From contig JBEQUE010000218.1 in assembly GCA_040349255.1 (NCBI GenBank), forward strand, positions 24,036 to 88,035: a stretch of 64,000 bases of DNA, given 5' to 3'. Positions 10,164 through 19,177 of the stretch are shown piece by piece. A model generated the notes under the pieces. It was not told the origin of the DNA. It did no database searches and saw nothing but the letters and a program-made list of their open reading frames with translations. This stretch comes from Acidobacteriota bacterium (GTDB lineage Bacteria > Acidobacteriota > Thermoanaerobaculia > Multivoradales > UBA5704). The translations under genes and the position numbers were made by a program. Each line of letters begins with the position of its first letter. The stretch's first letter is position 1.

Positions 10164-11330
10164 GTGAAAAAGTCTGCGAAAAGCCAGGCGCTGCGCTTCA
10201 CCCTGGTAGAGATCCAGAACTGGCGGAATTTCACCAAGGTTCGGGTCCCGCTCCGGGATCGGGCGTTCCTGGTGGGCCCGAATGCTTCCGGGAAGTCGAA
10301 CTTCCTGGATGTCTTCCGCTACCTGCACGACATTGTCTCGATCGGTGGTGGATTCCGGGAGGCGACCGGCCGGCGCGGAGGCGTGACGAAGCTGCGCTCG
10401 CTCGCGGCTCGAGGACAGCAAACCCAGATCAAGCTTCTCGTCCAGATCGGGAGCGTGGAACGGCCCACTGCCTGGGAGTACGAGATCTGGTTCACCCAGG
10501 ATATTCTGCGGCGGCCAATCCTCAAGCGCGAGCGTGTCGCTCGGGACGGGCAGGATCTCTTCATACGCCCCGACGACCAGGACAAGGCCGACACGGAACG
10601 GCTCACCCAGACCTATCTGGAGCAGGTGAACGTCAACCGGGATTTCCGTGAGGTGGTCGAGTTTCTATCGGCAGTCCGGTACCTCCACGTCGTCCCGCAG
10701 CTCATCCGGGAACCGGAGCGTTCGGTGGGCCGCCAGAACGATCCGTACGGAGGGGACTTCCTGGAGCAGATCGCCCGCAGTCAGAAGACGACGCGAGACG
10801 CACGTCTCCGCCGCATTTTGCAGGCATTGCGGGTCGCCGTTCCCCAGCTCGAAGATTTACAACTCTCCCGGGACGAGGTCGGAACGCCTCATTTGCGAGG
10901 CAAGTACCGTCATTGGCGGCCCCAGGGTGCCTGGCAGACGGAGGAGGACTTCTCGGACGGCACTCTGCGTCTTATCGGCCTGCTCTGGGCAGTGCTCGAC
11001 GGTTCCGGTCCCCTTCTCCTGGAAGAGCCGGAGCTTTCGCTTCATCCGGAGGTCGTCCGCTACCTTCCGCAGCTCCTGGCCAGGGTCCAGCGGCAGTCCG
11101 GGAGACAGGTGATGATCAGTACTCACTCCAAGGACCTTCTGGACGACGGAGGGATCGGGTTGGACGAGGTCCTCCTTCTCCACACGGGAGGCGAAGGGAC
11201 CGAGGTCCGCCGTGCCGACTCTCAGGACGAGGTACGCACGCTCCTGGAAGGCGGCCTTTCGCTGGCGGAAGTGGTGATCCCGCGGACCCGTCCCGAGCGA
11301 GCGGAGCAACTCGCCTTGTTCGACACCTGA
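10164..11330 (+). CDS. ABC/SMC-type (AAA_15/AAA_21-like) ATPase, candidate defence ATPase
   Basis: 388 aa. Walker A GPNASGKSN, signature-like FSDGTLRLIGLL, Walker B LLLEEPELSLHP, H-loop ISTHS. The GTG start is 12 nt after the tkt stop. Confidence 0.8.
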   Translation: MKKSAKSQALRFTLVEIQNWRNFTKVRVPLRDRAFLVGPNASGKSNFLDVFRYLHDIVSIGGGFREATGRRGGVTKLRSLAARGQQTQIKLLVQIGSVERPTAWEYEIWFTQDILRRPILKRERVARDGQDLFIRPDDQDKADTERLTQTYLEQVNVNRDFREVVEFLSAVRYLHVVPQLIREPERSVGRQNDPYGGDFLEQIARSQKTTRDARLRRILQALRVAVPQLEDLQLSRDEVGTPHLRGKYRHWRPQGAWQTEEDFSDGTLRLIGLLWAVLDGSGPLLLEEPELSLHPEVVRYLPQLLARVQRQSGRQVMISTHSKDLLDDGGIGLDEVLLLHTGGEGTEVRRADSQDEVRTLLEGGLSLAEVVIPRTRPERAEQLALFDT

Positions 11331-11333
11331 TCC

Positions 11334-11945
11334 ATGGCCGAGAGCATCGTCATCTCGGGAGCCGTCGAGGGTCCGGTGGATGAGGCCGTGCTTCGCCGTC
11401 TCGTCCGGGATTCCGGGGCCGTACCTGGAACGTTTTACGGCAAGAAGGGCAAGGATCGGCTCGTGCAGCAGGTTTCCGCCTACAACCACGCGGCGCGCCT
11501 CTCCCCGTGGATCGTCCTCATGGACCTTGATCGCGACGCTGACTGCGCCGCCGGGCTCAGAAATCGTCTGCTTCCAAATGAGCCGGTCCCCAATCTCTGC
11601 CTCCGAATTGCGGTCCGGACGGTTGAAGCGTGGCTTCTGGCGGACCGGGAGCGTTTCTCCGATTTCTTCGCCGTCGCTGCTTCCAAGGTGCCTCCGAGTC
11701 CTGAATTCCTCCCGGATCCGAAGAGGACGATCATTGAGTTGGCCCGCTCCTCACGCAGGAAGGAGATTCGCAGCGACATGATACCGAGACCCGAAAGCGG
11801 CCGGCCCGTCGGTCCTGCCTATACCTCTCGAATGATCGAGTACATTGAAAGCGCGAAGGGATGGCGTCCGGCGGTTGCCGCAGAGGCTGCGGACAGCCTT
11901 CGCCGATGCCTGAAGTGTATCCAGCGGCTGATCCGACAGAGCTGA
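11334..11945 (+). CDS. small Toprim-like protein (DUF4276/RloB/DUF4435-type), partner of the ATPase
   Basis: 203 aa, starting 3 nt after the ATPase stop. N-terminal strand IVISGAVEGPVDE (Toprim Glu), LMDLDRD (DxD), VRTVEAWLLAD. It ends 1 nt before tRNA-Ser. Confidence 0.65.
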   Translation: MAESIVISGAVEGPVDEAVLRRLVRDSGAVPGTFYGKKGKDRLVQQVSAYNHAARLSPWIVLMDLDRDADCAAGLRNRLLPNEPVPNLCLRIAVRTVEAWLLADRERFSDFFAVAASKVPPSPEFLPDPKRTIIELARSSRRKEIRSDMIPRPESGRPVGPAYTSRMIEYIESAKGWRPAVAAEAADSLRRCLKCIQRLIRQS

Positions 11946-11946
11946 T

Positions 11947-12035
11947 TGGCGGAGGGGGTGGGATTCGAACCCACGGGCCCTTGCGGGCCGACGGTTTTCA
12001 AGACCGTTGCTATCGACCGCTCAGCCACCCCTCCG
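11947..12035 (-). tRNA. tRNA-Ser (anticodon UGA), CCA encoded
   Basis: The reverse complement reads CGGAGGGGTGGCTGAGCGG...ACGGT CTTGAAA ACCGT...long arm...GGGTTCGAATCCCACCCCCTCCGCCA. Confidence 0.9.
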
Positions 12036-12046
12036 GTGCTTCAAGC

Positions 12047-13342
<1,296 letters not shown>

Positions 13343-13374
13343 TTATCGCAGGGAACGCAGGATTCCGTCATCCC

Positions 13375-13403
13375 TTGATCGGGATTCCCCAGGCGCCTAG
13401 AAT
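13375..13403 (+). promoter_or_regulatory. sigma70-type promoter of vapBC-1 (TTGATC-17-TAGAAT), possibly giving a leaderless transcript
   Basis: TTGATC at 13375-13380, a 17-nt spacer and TAGAAT at 13398-13403. The vapB ATG is at 13411, 7 nt after the -10 box, with no room for an SD. Confidence 0.4.
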
Positions 13404-13410
13404 CGATGGC

Positions 13411-13614
13411 ATGAAGACGACGCTGGATATTCCGGAGGACGAGCTGCAGGAAGCCATCCAGCACACCGGAGCGAAGACGAAGCGTGATGCCGTCGTCATC
13501 GCGATCTCCGAATTCAACCGGCGGAGGAGACTTCAAAAACTCGTCGAGAAGTTCGGGACCCTGGACGGATTCATGACCCAGGAGGAGTTGCGTCGGATGC
13601 GGGAGGAGTCCTGA
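13411..13614 (+). CDS. vapB: type II antitoxin, VapB family (MKTTLDIPEDE... type)
   Basis: In-frame part of ORF 13375..13614. The N-terminus MKTTLDIPEDELQEAIQHTG is typical of this VapB family. It sits immediately upstream of a PIN gene. Confidence 0.75.
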   Translation: MKTTLDIPEDELQEAIQHTGAKTKRDAVVIAISEFNRRRRLQKLVEKFGTLDGFMTQEELRRMREES

Positions 13615-14009
13615 GCTCGGGTCAACGCTTTCTCGTCGACACGTCCGCCTGGGTCGAGACGCTTCGGAAGAGCGGCGACGCAGTCATCCGGGCTCGGGTC
13701 AGCGAGGCCACGGCCGATGACCGGGCGGTGCTTTGCGACATGGTACGCGTCGAGCTCTGGAACGGAGCCCGCGATGCCAGGGACCAGAAGCTGCTCAGGG
13801 AGATTGAAGAGCAGCTCCAGAGTGTTCCGACGACGCCGGAGGTCTGGGCTCGAGCGCGGGACCTCGCGCGTCTCGCCCGTGCCAAGGGCGTCACCGTGCC
13901 CGCAGCCGACCTCCTGATCGCCGCCTGTGCCCAGCAGCATCAGCTTCAACTCATCCACAACGATACCCACTTCGACAAGCTGGAGACACTCGAGAGCGAC
14001 GACCTGTAA
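13611..14009 (+). CDS. vapC: PIN-domain toxin VapC; start codon uncertain (only CTG is available)
   Basis: The frame of ORF 13728..14009 extended upstream gives LSSGQRFLVDTSAWVE...MVRVELWNG...IHNDTHFD (PIN acidic residues). There is no in-frame ATG/GTG/TTG between the upstream stop at 13485 and the conserved VDTS. The junction with the vapB stop is CTGAGC. Confidence 0.7.
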   Translation: MSSGQRFLVDTSAWVETLRKSGDAVIRARVSEATADDRAVLCDMVRVELWNGARDARDQKLLREIEEQLQSVPTTPEVWARARDLARLARAKGVTVPAADLLIAACAQQHQLQLIHNDTHFDKLETLESDDL

Positions 14010-14073
14010 GGAAGGTCCTTCAAACGCAGGGCGCCGTGCATCCGTAGGAAGGGATAACATCCCGCCGGCTCCT

Positions 14074-17000
14074 ATGCGCAACCTGCTCACCCGCTTTCTC
14101 CTACCCCTGGCCGTGCTGGGCGCCATCGCGGCGTTCTCGGTCCGCGAGGCCGGCCCCGCGGCGGGCGAGGGTCTGTTCCTGGGGGAGCTGGCGGCGGCGG
14201 TGCTCCTGGTGGTGGCCGCCCTGGCCCCGGGTCCCGCGGCCGAGCTCGGCCTGGGCGCCACGCTCGCGGTGACCGCGGTGTGGTCCCTGCCTCCGGGGCC
14301 GGGACGGGGCGCGACGGTCGTGCTCCTTCTTCTCGCCACGTTCGGGATCTCGGCGGTTCAGCGCCTCTCCCGGGTTCTTCCCGAGCTGCCGGCGGCGGTG
14401 ACGATCCCCCTGGCCCTTGGGGCCCAGCTTTTCCTGCGGAGCGAGCTGCTCTTCGAGCCGGTCACGGTCCGGACGCTCGTCGCCCTGCTGGCTCTGCCGG
14501 TGGTTGCCGGTCTCGCGTTGACGGTCGCGGCCCGGCGCATCGAGGGGCCGCTCGTCCTGATCGCCGCGGCCGTGGCTCTCGCCCTGGGACCGGGCTGGAA
14601 TGTGAGGACGACGGCCGCCGTGATCGTTCTCGGCGCCGCGAGTCTCCTTCTGAAGCGGCGGATCGGACGGCTGCCGGCGTCCGTGGCGGTTCCGGCCGGA
14701 ACCCTGCTCGCGGTTCTGCTCGCGGTCATGGCCCTGCTCGACGCCTACCCCTGGCGCCGGGAGCAGCCGTTGCGCGACGCGCTCGGCCTAGCCCGATCCA
14801 TCCCGGACCTGTTCGCCGCCGGAACGCCGCTGCTCGATCCGGAGACGTCGATCCCGTTCGACGCCGACCGGCCGACGCGCGACAAGGACCTCCCTCTCGA
14901 ACCGATCACATCGATCGTGATCGAGTCGGCGCTCTCGAACGGCGCTCCGCTCGCGGACGGCACTCCGGTCGCCGTGATCCGCCTGACGGACGAGGAGGGG
15001 CGGAGCGTCGAGCGCACCCTCCGCGCCGGCTCGGATACCGGCGAGTGGGCGGCCCGGCGGAGCGACGTGCTGCGGACCGCCCGGCTCCGCTCTCCCGGAC
15101 CCTGGATCACCTGGATCGCCGGCGACTTCTTCGCCCAGCGCTACCGCTGCCGGTGGGACCTCCCTCCCGGCCGCTACACGCGGATGCGGATCGAGCGGAG
15201 CCCCGGCCTGCCGCGGAACGTCAGCCTCGCCGTGCACCAGGTGGAGCTGCGCGGTCCCGGTCTCGCGCGGGCCCTGTCGCTCGCTCCGGGCGATCCGTTC
15301 CGGGGCACGCTCCTGGTTCTGCCCTTGATCCTCGCGGCGCTCGCCTGGATCCACCGCCGGTCGATCCGCCAGGGCGCATTGCCTCTCGACCGGCGCGGGA
15401 CCTTCGGCGAGATCGCGGCGCTCGCCGGGCTCGTCCTGTTGATCTGGATGCGGCCGCACCTGAACCTCGGACGGGCCGACGAGGTCCTGGCCGCCGGGCT
15501 GCTCCTGGTGCTCGGCCATCGCGTCCTCCGGCAGGTCCTCGCGCTTCGCCCCCTCCTCGGCGAGCGCGTGCCGGACTGGCCTTCGGCCGCATTCTTCCTC
15601 TTGCCGCTGGCGGCCTATCTCGCGATCCTCCCCTGGTCGACCTTCCACCGCCAGCCGGACGGCGACGAGCCCTACAACCTGCTCATCACCCACAGCCTGG
15701 CCTACGATTTCGACGCCGACCTGACCAACAACTACGCGGACGGCGACTGGCGGCACTTCATGGACCGGCCGATCGCGCCGCAGCCCGGCGATCCGGTCGA
15801 TCCGGATGGCAGGCTCTACTCCCGGCACAACGAGGCGCTGCCCATGGTGCTGGCGCCCGCCTACCGGCTGGCGGGCAAGACCGGGGCGTTGGCGGTCATG
15901 GCGGCGTTCACCGCGGCCCTGGCCTGGATGACGCTCCGCCTGGCCCGGAGGTATGTGCCGGACCGGCCGGGCGAGGTCCTCGCGGTCTGGGCGCTGGCGG
16001 CGTTCGCGCCTCCTCTCCTCCTCTACTCGTACCAGGTCTGGGTGGAGGTGCCGGCGACGCTGCTCCTGGTCGTGGCGCTCGACCGCATCCTGGGTTTCGA
16101 CGGCCGGCGCTGGGACTGGGCCGAGTGGCTCGGGATCGGCCTGCCGGTTCTGCTGCTGCCACTGGTCAAGATGCGTTTCATGCTCATCGCCGTCCCGCTG
16201 GTGGCCATGGCCTGGTGGTACAGCGGCCGGCCGCGCAAGCCGATCCTGATCCTGTCGGGGCTGCTGTCGGCGCTCGGCGCGGGCATGCTGCTCTACAACC
16301 AGTTCGTCTACTCGAACCCACTCAAGATCCACTCCTGGGAGGAGATCGACCCGCAGCGCCACACCTGGATCCACTATCTGCAAGGCGGCCTCGGCCTGTT
16401 CTGGGATACGGCGTTCGGGCTGTTCGGCTGCGCGCCGGTCTGGATGCTCCTGCTGCCCGCGGCGGTGCTGCTCCTGGCGCGGCGCAGCCGTCTCCTGGTC
16501 CATCTCGCGGTGCTGAGCGCGCCCTACCTGCTCATTGTGGCGCCGCGCACGGAGTGGTACGGCGGATGGTCGCCGCCGTTCCGCTATGCGCTGATCGCGC
16601 TGCCCCTCCTCGCGCTCGGCCTGGTGCCGCTGCTCGCCGGCCGGCGCGGGCCGGGCGCGCGGGCGCTGATCGCCGGGCTCGCGACGCTCACCCTGGCGCT
16701 CACGCTGGTCTGGGTGGTGGTGCCGGGCTGGACCTACAACTTCGCGAACGGCAGGACGTATCCCCTCGATCACCTGGGCGAGAGACTGGGCGAGGACCTG
16801 GCGCGGTTCTTCCCCAGCTCGGTCCGGCCGCGGCCGGCCACCTGGATCTGGCCGCCGGTCTCGCTCGGTCTGGCGGCGCTGGCCTGGTGGCTGCCGCTCC
16901 GGAAGAGGAGCCGGGAGGGATCGGCGCTCGCGGGTGTGGCGCTGGCGATCGCCGGAGCCGCGGCGCTGCCGGCGGTGGCGGCCCGGATGCCCACTCGCAC

Positions 17001-17397
17001 CGTGGAGATGGAGGACGCAGAGGTCTCGAAGAGCGGCGGCCACGTCCATCCCGACCTCTGGATCATCGAGCGGGCGCGCTACCGCGGCGGCTGGGTGCTG
17101 CGCATCGACGAGACGCTGAAGGCGCCGGTCAACCCGGGCGGATCGAAGGTGACGCTCGCGCTCCATGGCGAATTCATCCGCAACCAACCGGTGTCGTTCC
17201 GCCTCGACGTGCGGGCCGGGGACCGGCTGCTGGCGATCTGGACGCCGGGCCGGAGCCGCGTCTGGGAGAAGGTCGTGCTCGGGCCCTTCGACTGGCCGGC
17301 CGGAGAGCCGCTCGTGCTGGCCGCCTACGGACCCCATCCGCCGGGAGCGCTCAACGGCGCGATCCTGGACCGGGTGGACTTCCACTGGGAGAAGTAG
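14074..17397 (+). CDS. very large polytopic membrane protein with a GT-C (ArnT/PMT-like) glycosyltransferase core
   Basis: Part of ORF 13927..17397, starting MRNLLTRFLLPLAVLGAIAAF. Many hydrophobic helices and a periplasmic-loop motif QPDGDEPYNLLITHSLAYDFD. Soluble segments sit in the middle and at the C-terminus. GT genes follow it. Confidence 0.75.
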   Translation: MRNLLTRFLLPLAVLGAIAAFSVREAGPAAGEGLFLGELAAAVLLVVAALAPGPAAELGLGATLAVTAVWSLPPGPGRGATVVLLLLATFGISAVQRLSRVLPELPAAVTIPLALGAQLFLRSELLFEPVTVRTLVALLALPVVAGLALTVAARRIEGPLVLIAAAVALALGPGWNVRTTAAVIVLGAASLLLKRRIGRLPASVAVPAGTLLAVLLAVMALLDAYPWRREQPLRDALGLARSIPDLFAAGTPLLDPETSIPFDADRPTRDKDLPLEPITSIVIESALSNGAPLADGTPVAVIRLTDEEGRSVERTLRAGSDTGEWAARRSDVLRTARLRSPGPWITWIAGDFFAQRYRCRWDLPPGRYTRMRIERSPGLPRNVSLAVHQVELRGPGLARALSLAPGDPFRGTLLVLPLILAALAWIHRRSIRQGALPLDRRGTFGEIAALAGLVLLIWMRPHLNLGRADEVLAAGLLLVLGHRVLRQVLALRPLLGERVPDWPSAAFFLLPLAAYLAILPWSTFHRQPDGDEPYNLLITHSLAYDFDADLTNNYADGDWRHFMDRPIAPQPGDPVDPDGRLYSRHNEALPMVLAPAYRLAGKTGALAVMAAFTAALAWMTLRLARRYVPDRPGEVLAVWALAAFAPPLLLYSYQVWVEVPATLLLVVALDRILGFDGRRWDWAEWLGIGLPVLLLPLVKMRFMLIAVPLVAMAWWYSGRPRKPILILSGLLSALGAGMLLYNQFVYSNPLKIHSWEEIDPQRHTWIHYLQGGLGLFWDTAFGLFGCAPVWMLLLPAAVLLLARRSRLLVHLAVLSAPYLLIVAPRTEWYGGWSPPFRYALIALPLLALGLVPLLAGRRGPGARALIAGLATLTLALTLVWVVVPGWTYNFANGRTYPLDHLGERLGEDLARFFPSSVRPRPATWIWPPVSLGLAALAWWLPLRKRSREGSALAGVALAIAGAAALPAVAARMPTRTVEMEDAEVSKSGGHVHPDLWIIERARYRGGWVLRIDETLKAPVNPGGSKVTLALHGEFIRNQPVSFRLDVRAGDRLLAIWTPGRSRVWEKVVLGPFDWPAGEPLVLAAYGPHPPGALNGAILDRVDFHWEK

Positions 17398-18237
17398 GTG
17401 GCATCCTCGGATTCACGCGTGACGGCTGTGATCCCGACCCTCGGCCGCAGCCCGTGGCTCCTGCCGTGCCTGGAAGCCCTGCGCAAGGACGCGCCGGAGA
17501 TCGAGATCGTCCTGATCGATCAGGGCGAGACGCCCATCCAGACCGATCTGGCCGACAAGATCCTCCGGCTGGGTCGGAACCTCGGGTTCGCCTCGGCCAC
17601 GAACCTCGGGATCGCCGCCTCGAACCGGGAGTTTGTCGCGACGGTCAACGACGACGCCCTGGTCGAACCGGGTTGGACTGGCCGGCTGATCGAAGCCCTC
17701 GACCGCGAGCCGCGGGCCGCGGCGGCGCAGGGGGTGAACCTGATCCTGGGCGCTCCGGATCTCGCCGACGGCTGCGGCATCGCCTGGAACCGCTGGACCC
17801 AGGCAGTCCAGGTCGGCCACGGCGAGCCGGCGCCGGGCGGCTCGGAACCGATCCGGGAGGTGCTCGGCGTCTCGGCCACGGCGGCGATCTACCGGCGCGA
17901 GGCCCTGCCCTCCCACCCCTTCGATCCGGACCTGGTCTCCTACTATGAGGATGTGGACCTCGCCGTCCGCCTCCGCGCCGAGGGGTGGAAGGCCCTGCTG
18001 GTCCCCGCCGCCCGTGCCCGGCACGCCGGGTCCTCGACCGGAAGCACCATGAGCCGGGAGCGGTGGCGGCTGCTCTACGGCAACCGCTGGATCGTCGCCC
18101 GGCGGGCTTTCGGCCGGCGGGGCCGGCTCCGGATGGCCGTGCGCGACCTGCTCGACCTCCTCCGGGCCGCGCTCTCCCTGGATGGCGCCCGGGTCGCGGG
18201 CATCCTGGGCGGGTGGGTGCGGGCTGTTCGTTCTTGA
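17398..18237 (+). CDS. family 2 glycosyltransferase
   Basis: ORF track 279 aa. VTAVIPTLGRSPWLLPCLEAL...IVLIDQG...NLGFASATNLG...DDD. The GTG start abuts the previous stop. Confidence 0.85.
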   Translation: MASSDSRVTAVIPTLGRSPWLLPCLEALRKDAPEIEIVLIDQGETPIQTDLADKILRLGRNLGFASATNLGIAASNREFVATVNDDALVEPGWTGRLIEALDREPRAAAAQGVNLILGAPDLADGCGIAWNRWTQAVQVGHGEPAPGGSEPIREVLGVSATAAIYRREALPSHPFDPDLVSYYEDVDLAVRLRAEGWKALLVPAARARHAGSSTGSTMSRERWRLLYGNRWIVARRAFGRRGRLRMAVRDLLDLLRAALSLDGARVAGILGGWVRAVRS

Positions 18238-18246
18238 GCTTTTGCG

Positions 18247-18459
18247 CGCCACGACACGTGGCGACTCGCCACGAGGTGTGGCGTCGCGCAGCAGGGCGTG
18301 GCGAGACCATCCCCTGTTGTGGCGCCTCGCCACAACACGTGGCGGAGCGCCACAAGGCGTGGCGAGGCGCGGAGAGACGTGGCGAGGCCATCCCCGACCG
18401 TGGCGCCTCGCCACAGCGCGTGGCGCGGCGCCACGAGGCGTGGCGGGTTCCCCCCGGTG
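18247..18459. repeat. intergenic array of CGCCAC-N5-GTGGCG palindromes, including an 81-bp tandem duplication (18298-18378 / 18379-18459)
   Basis: Six 17-bp palindromes at 18247, 18267, 18328, 18348, 18409 and 18429, plus GTGGCG-cct-CGCCAC junctions. The two 81-bp units align base for base with scattered substitutions. Confidence 0.85.
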
Positions 18460-18461
18460 CG

Positions 18462-18510
18462 TTGACAGTCCTGGCAGGCGGAGTAAGAATCCAGGAAGTA
18501 TGATTCTTAC
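18462..18510 (+). promoter_or_regulatory. putative vapBC-2 promoter with overlapping operator palindrome
   Basis: TTGACA at 18462-18467, 16-17 nt spacer, TAAGAAT at 18484-18490. A perfect inverted repeat GTAAGAATC-N10-GATTCTTAC (18483-18510) overlaps the -10. GGGAGG precedes the ATG at 18528. Confidence 0.5.
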
Positions 18511-18527
18511 CGAGGCCGGGAGGTCGC

Positions 18528-18758
18528 ATGCGCATCACCAGCAAGGGACAGGTCACCATTCCCATCGAGATCCGGGAACGGCTGGGGCTTCTGCCTCACA
18601 CCGAGGTGCGGTTCGAAGTGGATGGGAACGCCGTGCGGATTCTCCGGGAGAAGACTTCCGATGGGCGGGGCCAGCGGCTGGTCGAGCGGATGCGGGGCCG
18701 GGCGACCTCGAAGATGAGCACCGAGGAGATCCTCGCCCTGACCCGCGGAGAGAGCTGA
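18528..18758 (+). CDS. vapB: AbrB/MazE/SpoVT-type antitoxin (VapB)
   Basis: ORF track 76 aa. MRITSKGQVTIPIEIRERLGL is the swapped-hairpin AbrB-type motif. Confidence 0.85.
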   Translation: MRITSKGQVTIPIEIRERLGLLPHTEVRFEVDGNAVRILREKTSDGRGQRLVERMRGRATSKMSTEEILALTRGES

Positions 18759-19177
18759 GCGGCGTCCTCGTCGATGCCAATGTGATCCTCGACGTCGCGA
18801 CCGAGGATCCGCTGTGGAGCGAATGGTCCGCGACGATGCTCGCTCGCTGCGCCGACAGCGGCCTGCTCATCATCAATCCCATCATCTACGCGGAGGTCTC
18901 CGTCGGCTTCGACCGCATCGAAGAGCTCGACGAGGTGCTCCCCGCGGATGCGTTCCGCCGCGATCCTCTCCCCTGGGAGGCCGCCTTCCTGGCCGGCAAA
19001 TGCTTCCTCGCCTATCGCCGCAGGGGCGGCGCCCGCCGGTCGCCTCTTCCCGACTTCTACATCGGCGCGCACGCGGCGGTCAAAGGACTGCCACTGCTGA
19101 CCCGCGACCCCAGACGGTACCGCACCTACTTCCCCCATCTGAGCCTTCTGGCTCCCGATGAGGAGAGTCCCGAATAG
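18755..19177 (+). CDS. vapC: PIN-domain toxin VapC; start codon uncertain (only CTG is available)
   Basis: C-terminal 140 codons of ORF 18182..19177: LSGVLVDANVILD...INPIIYAEV...DFYIGAHAAVKGLPLLTRD. The rest of that ORF reads through the palindrome array and the antitoxin gene in another frame. The junction with the vapB stop is again CTGAGC. Confidence 0.7.
   Translation: MSGVLVDANVILDVATEDPLWSEWSATMLARCADSGLLIINPIIYAEVSVGFDRIEELDEVLPADAFRRDPLPWEAAFLAGKCFLAYRRRGGARRSPLPDFYIGAHAAVKGLPLLTRDPRRYRTYFPHLSLLAPDEESPE

Noticed and set aside
10130-10170. Direct repeat of the tRNA-Ser 3' end (att site) at the far side of the ATPase/Toprim pair
   Set aside because: I looked for a copy of TGGCGGAGGGGGTGGG near the tkt stop and saw no convincing match. 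Island integration is therefore suggested only by position and composition.
8064-10421. 785-aa ORF on the minus strand
   Set aside because: It is antisense to transketolase, and its product is Arg/Gly/Ala/Leu-rich low-complexity with no motifs. That is the typical open antisense frame of high-G+C DNA. The tkt frame has unambiguous homology.
14280-17948. 1222-aa plus-strand ORF and 865-aa minus-strand ORF (14788..17385) overlapping the big membrane-protein gene
   Set aside because: These are alternative or antisense frames dominated by Arg/Pro/Gly/Ala. The 13927..17397 frame gives coherent transmembrane helices and a GT-C motif.
17985-18503. ORFs encoding repetitive peptides (VARRH / ATPRG / GDGLAT repeats) on both strands
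   Set aside because: The periodicity comes from the CGCCAC/GTGGCG DNA palindromes and the 81-bp duplication. The ORFs overlap each other in all frames and have no start context.
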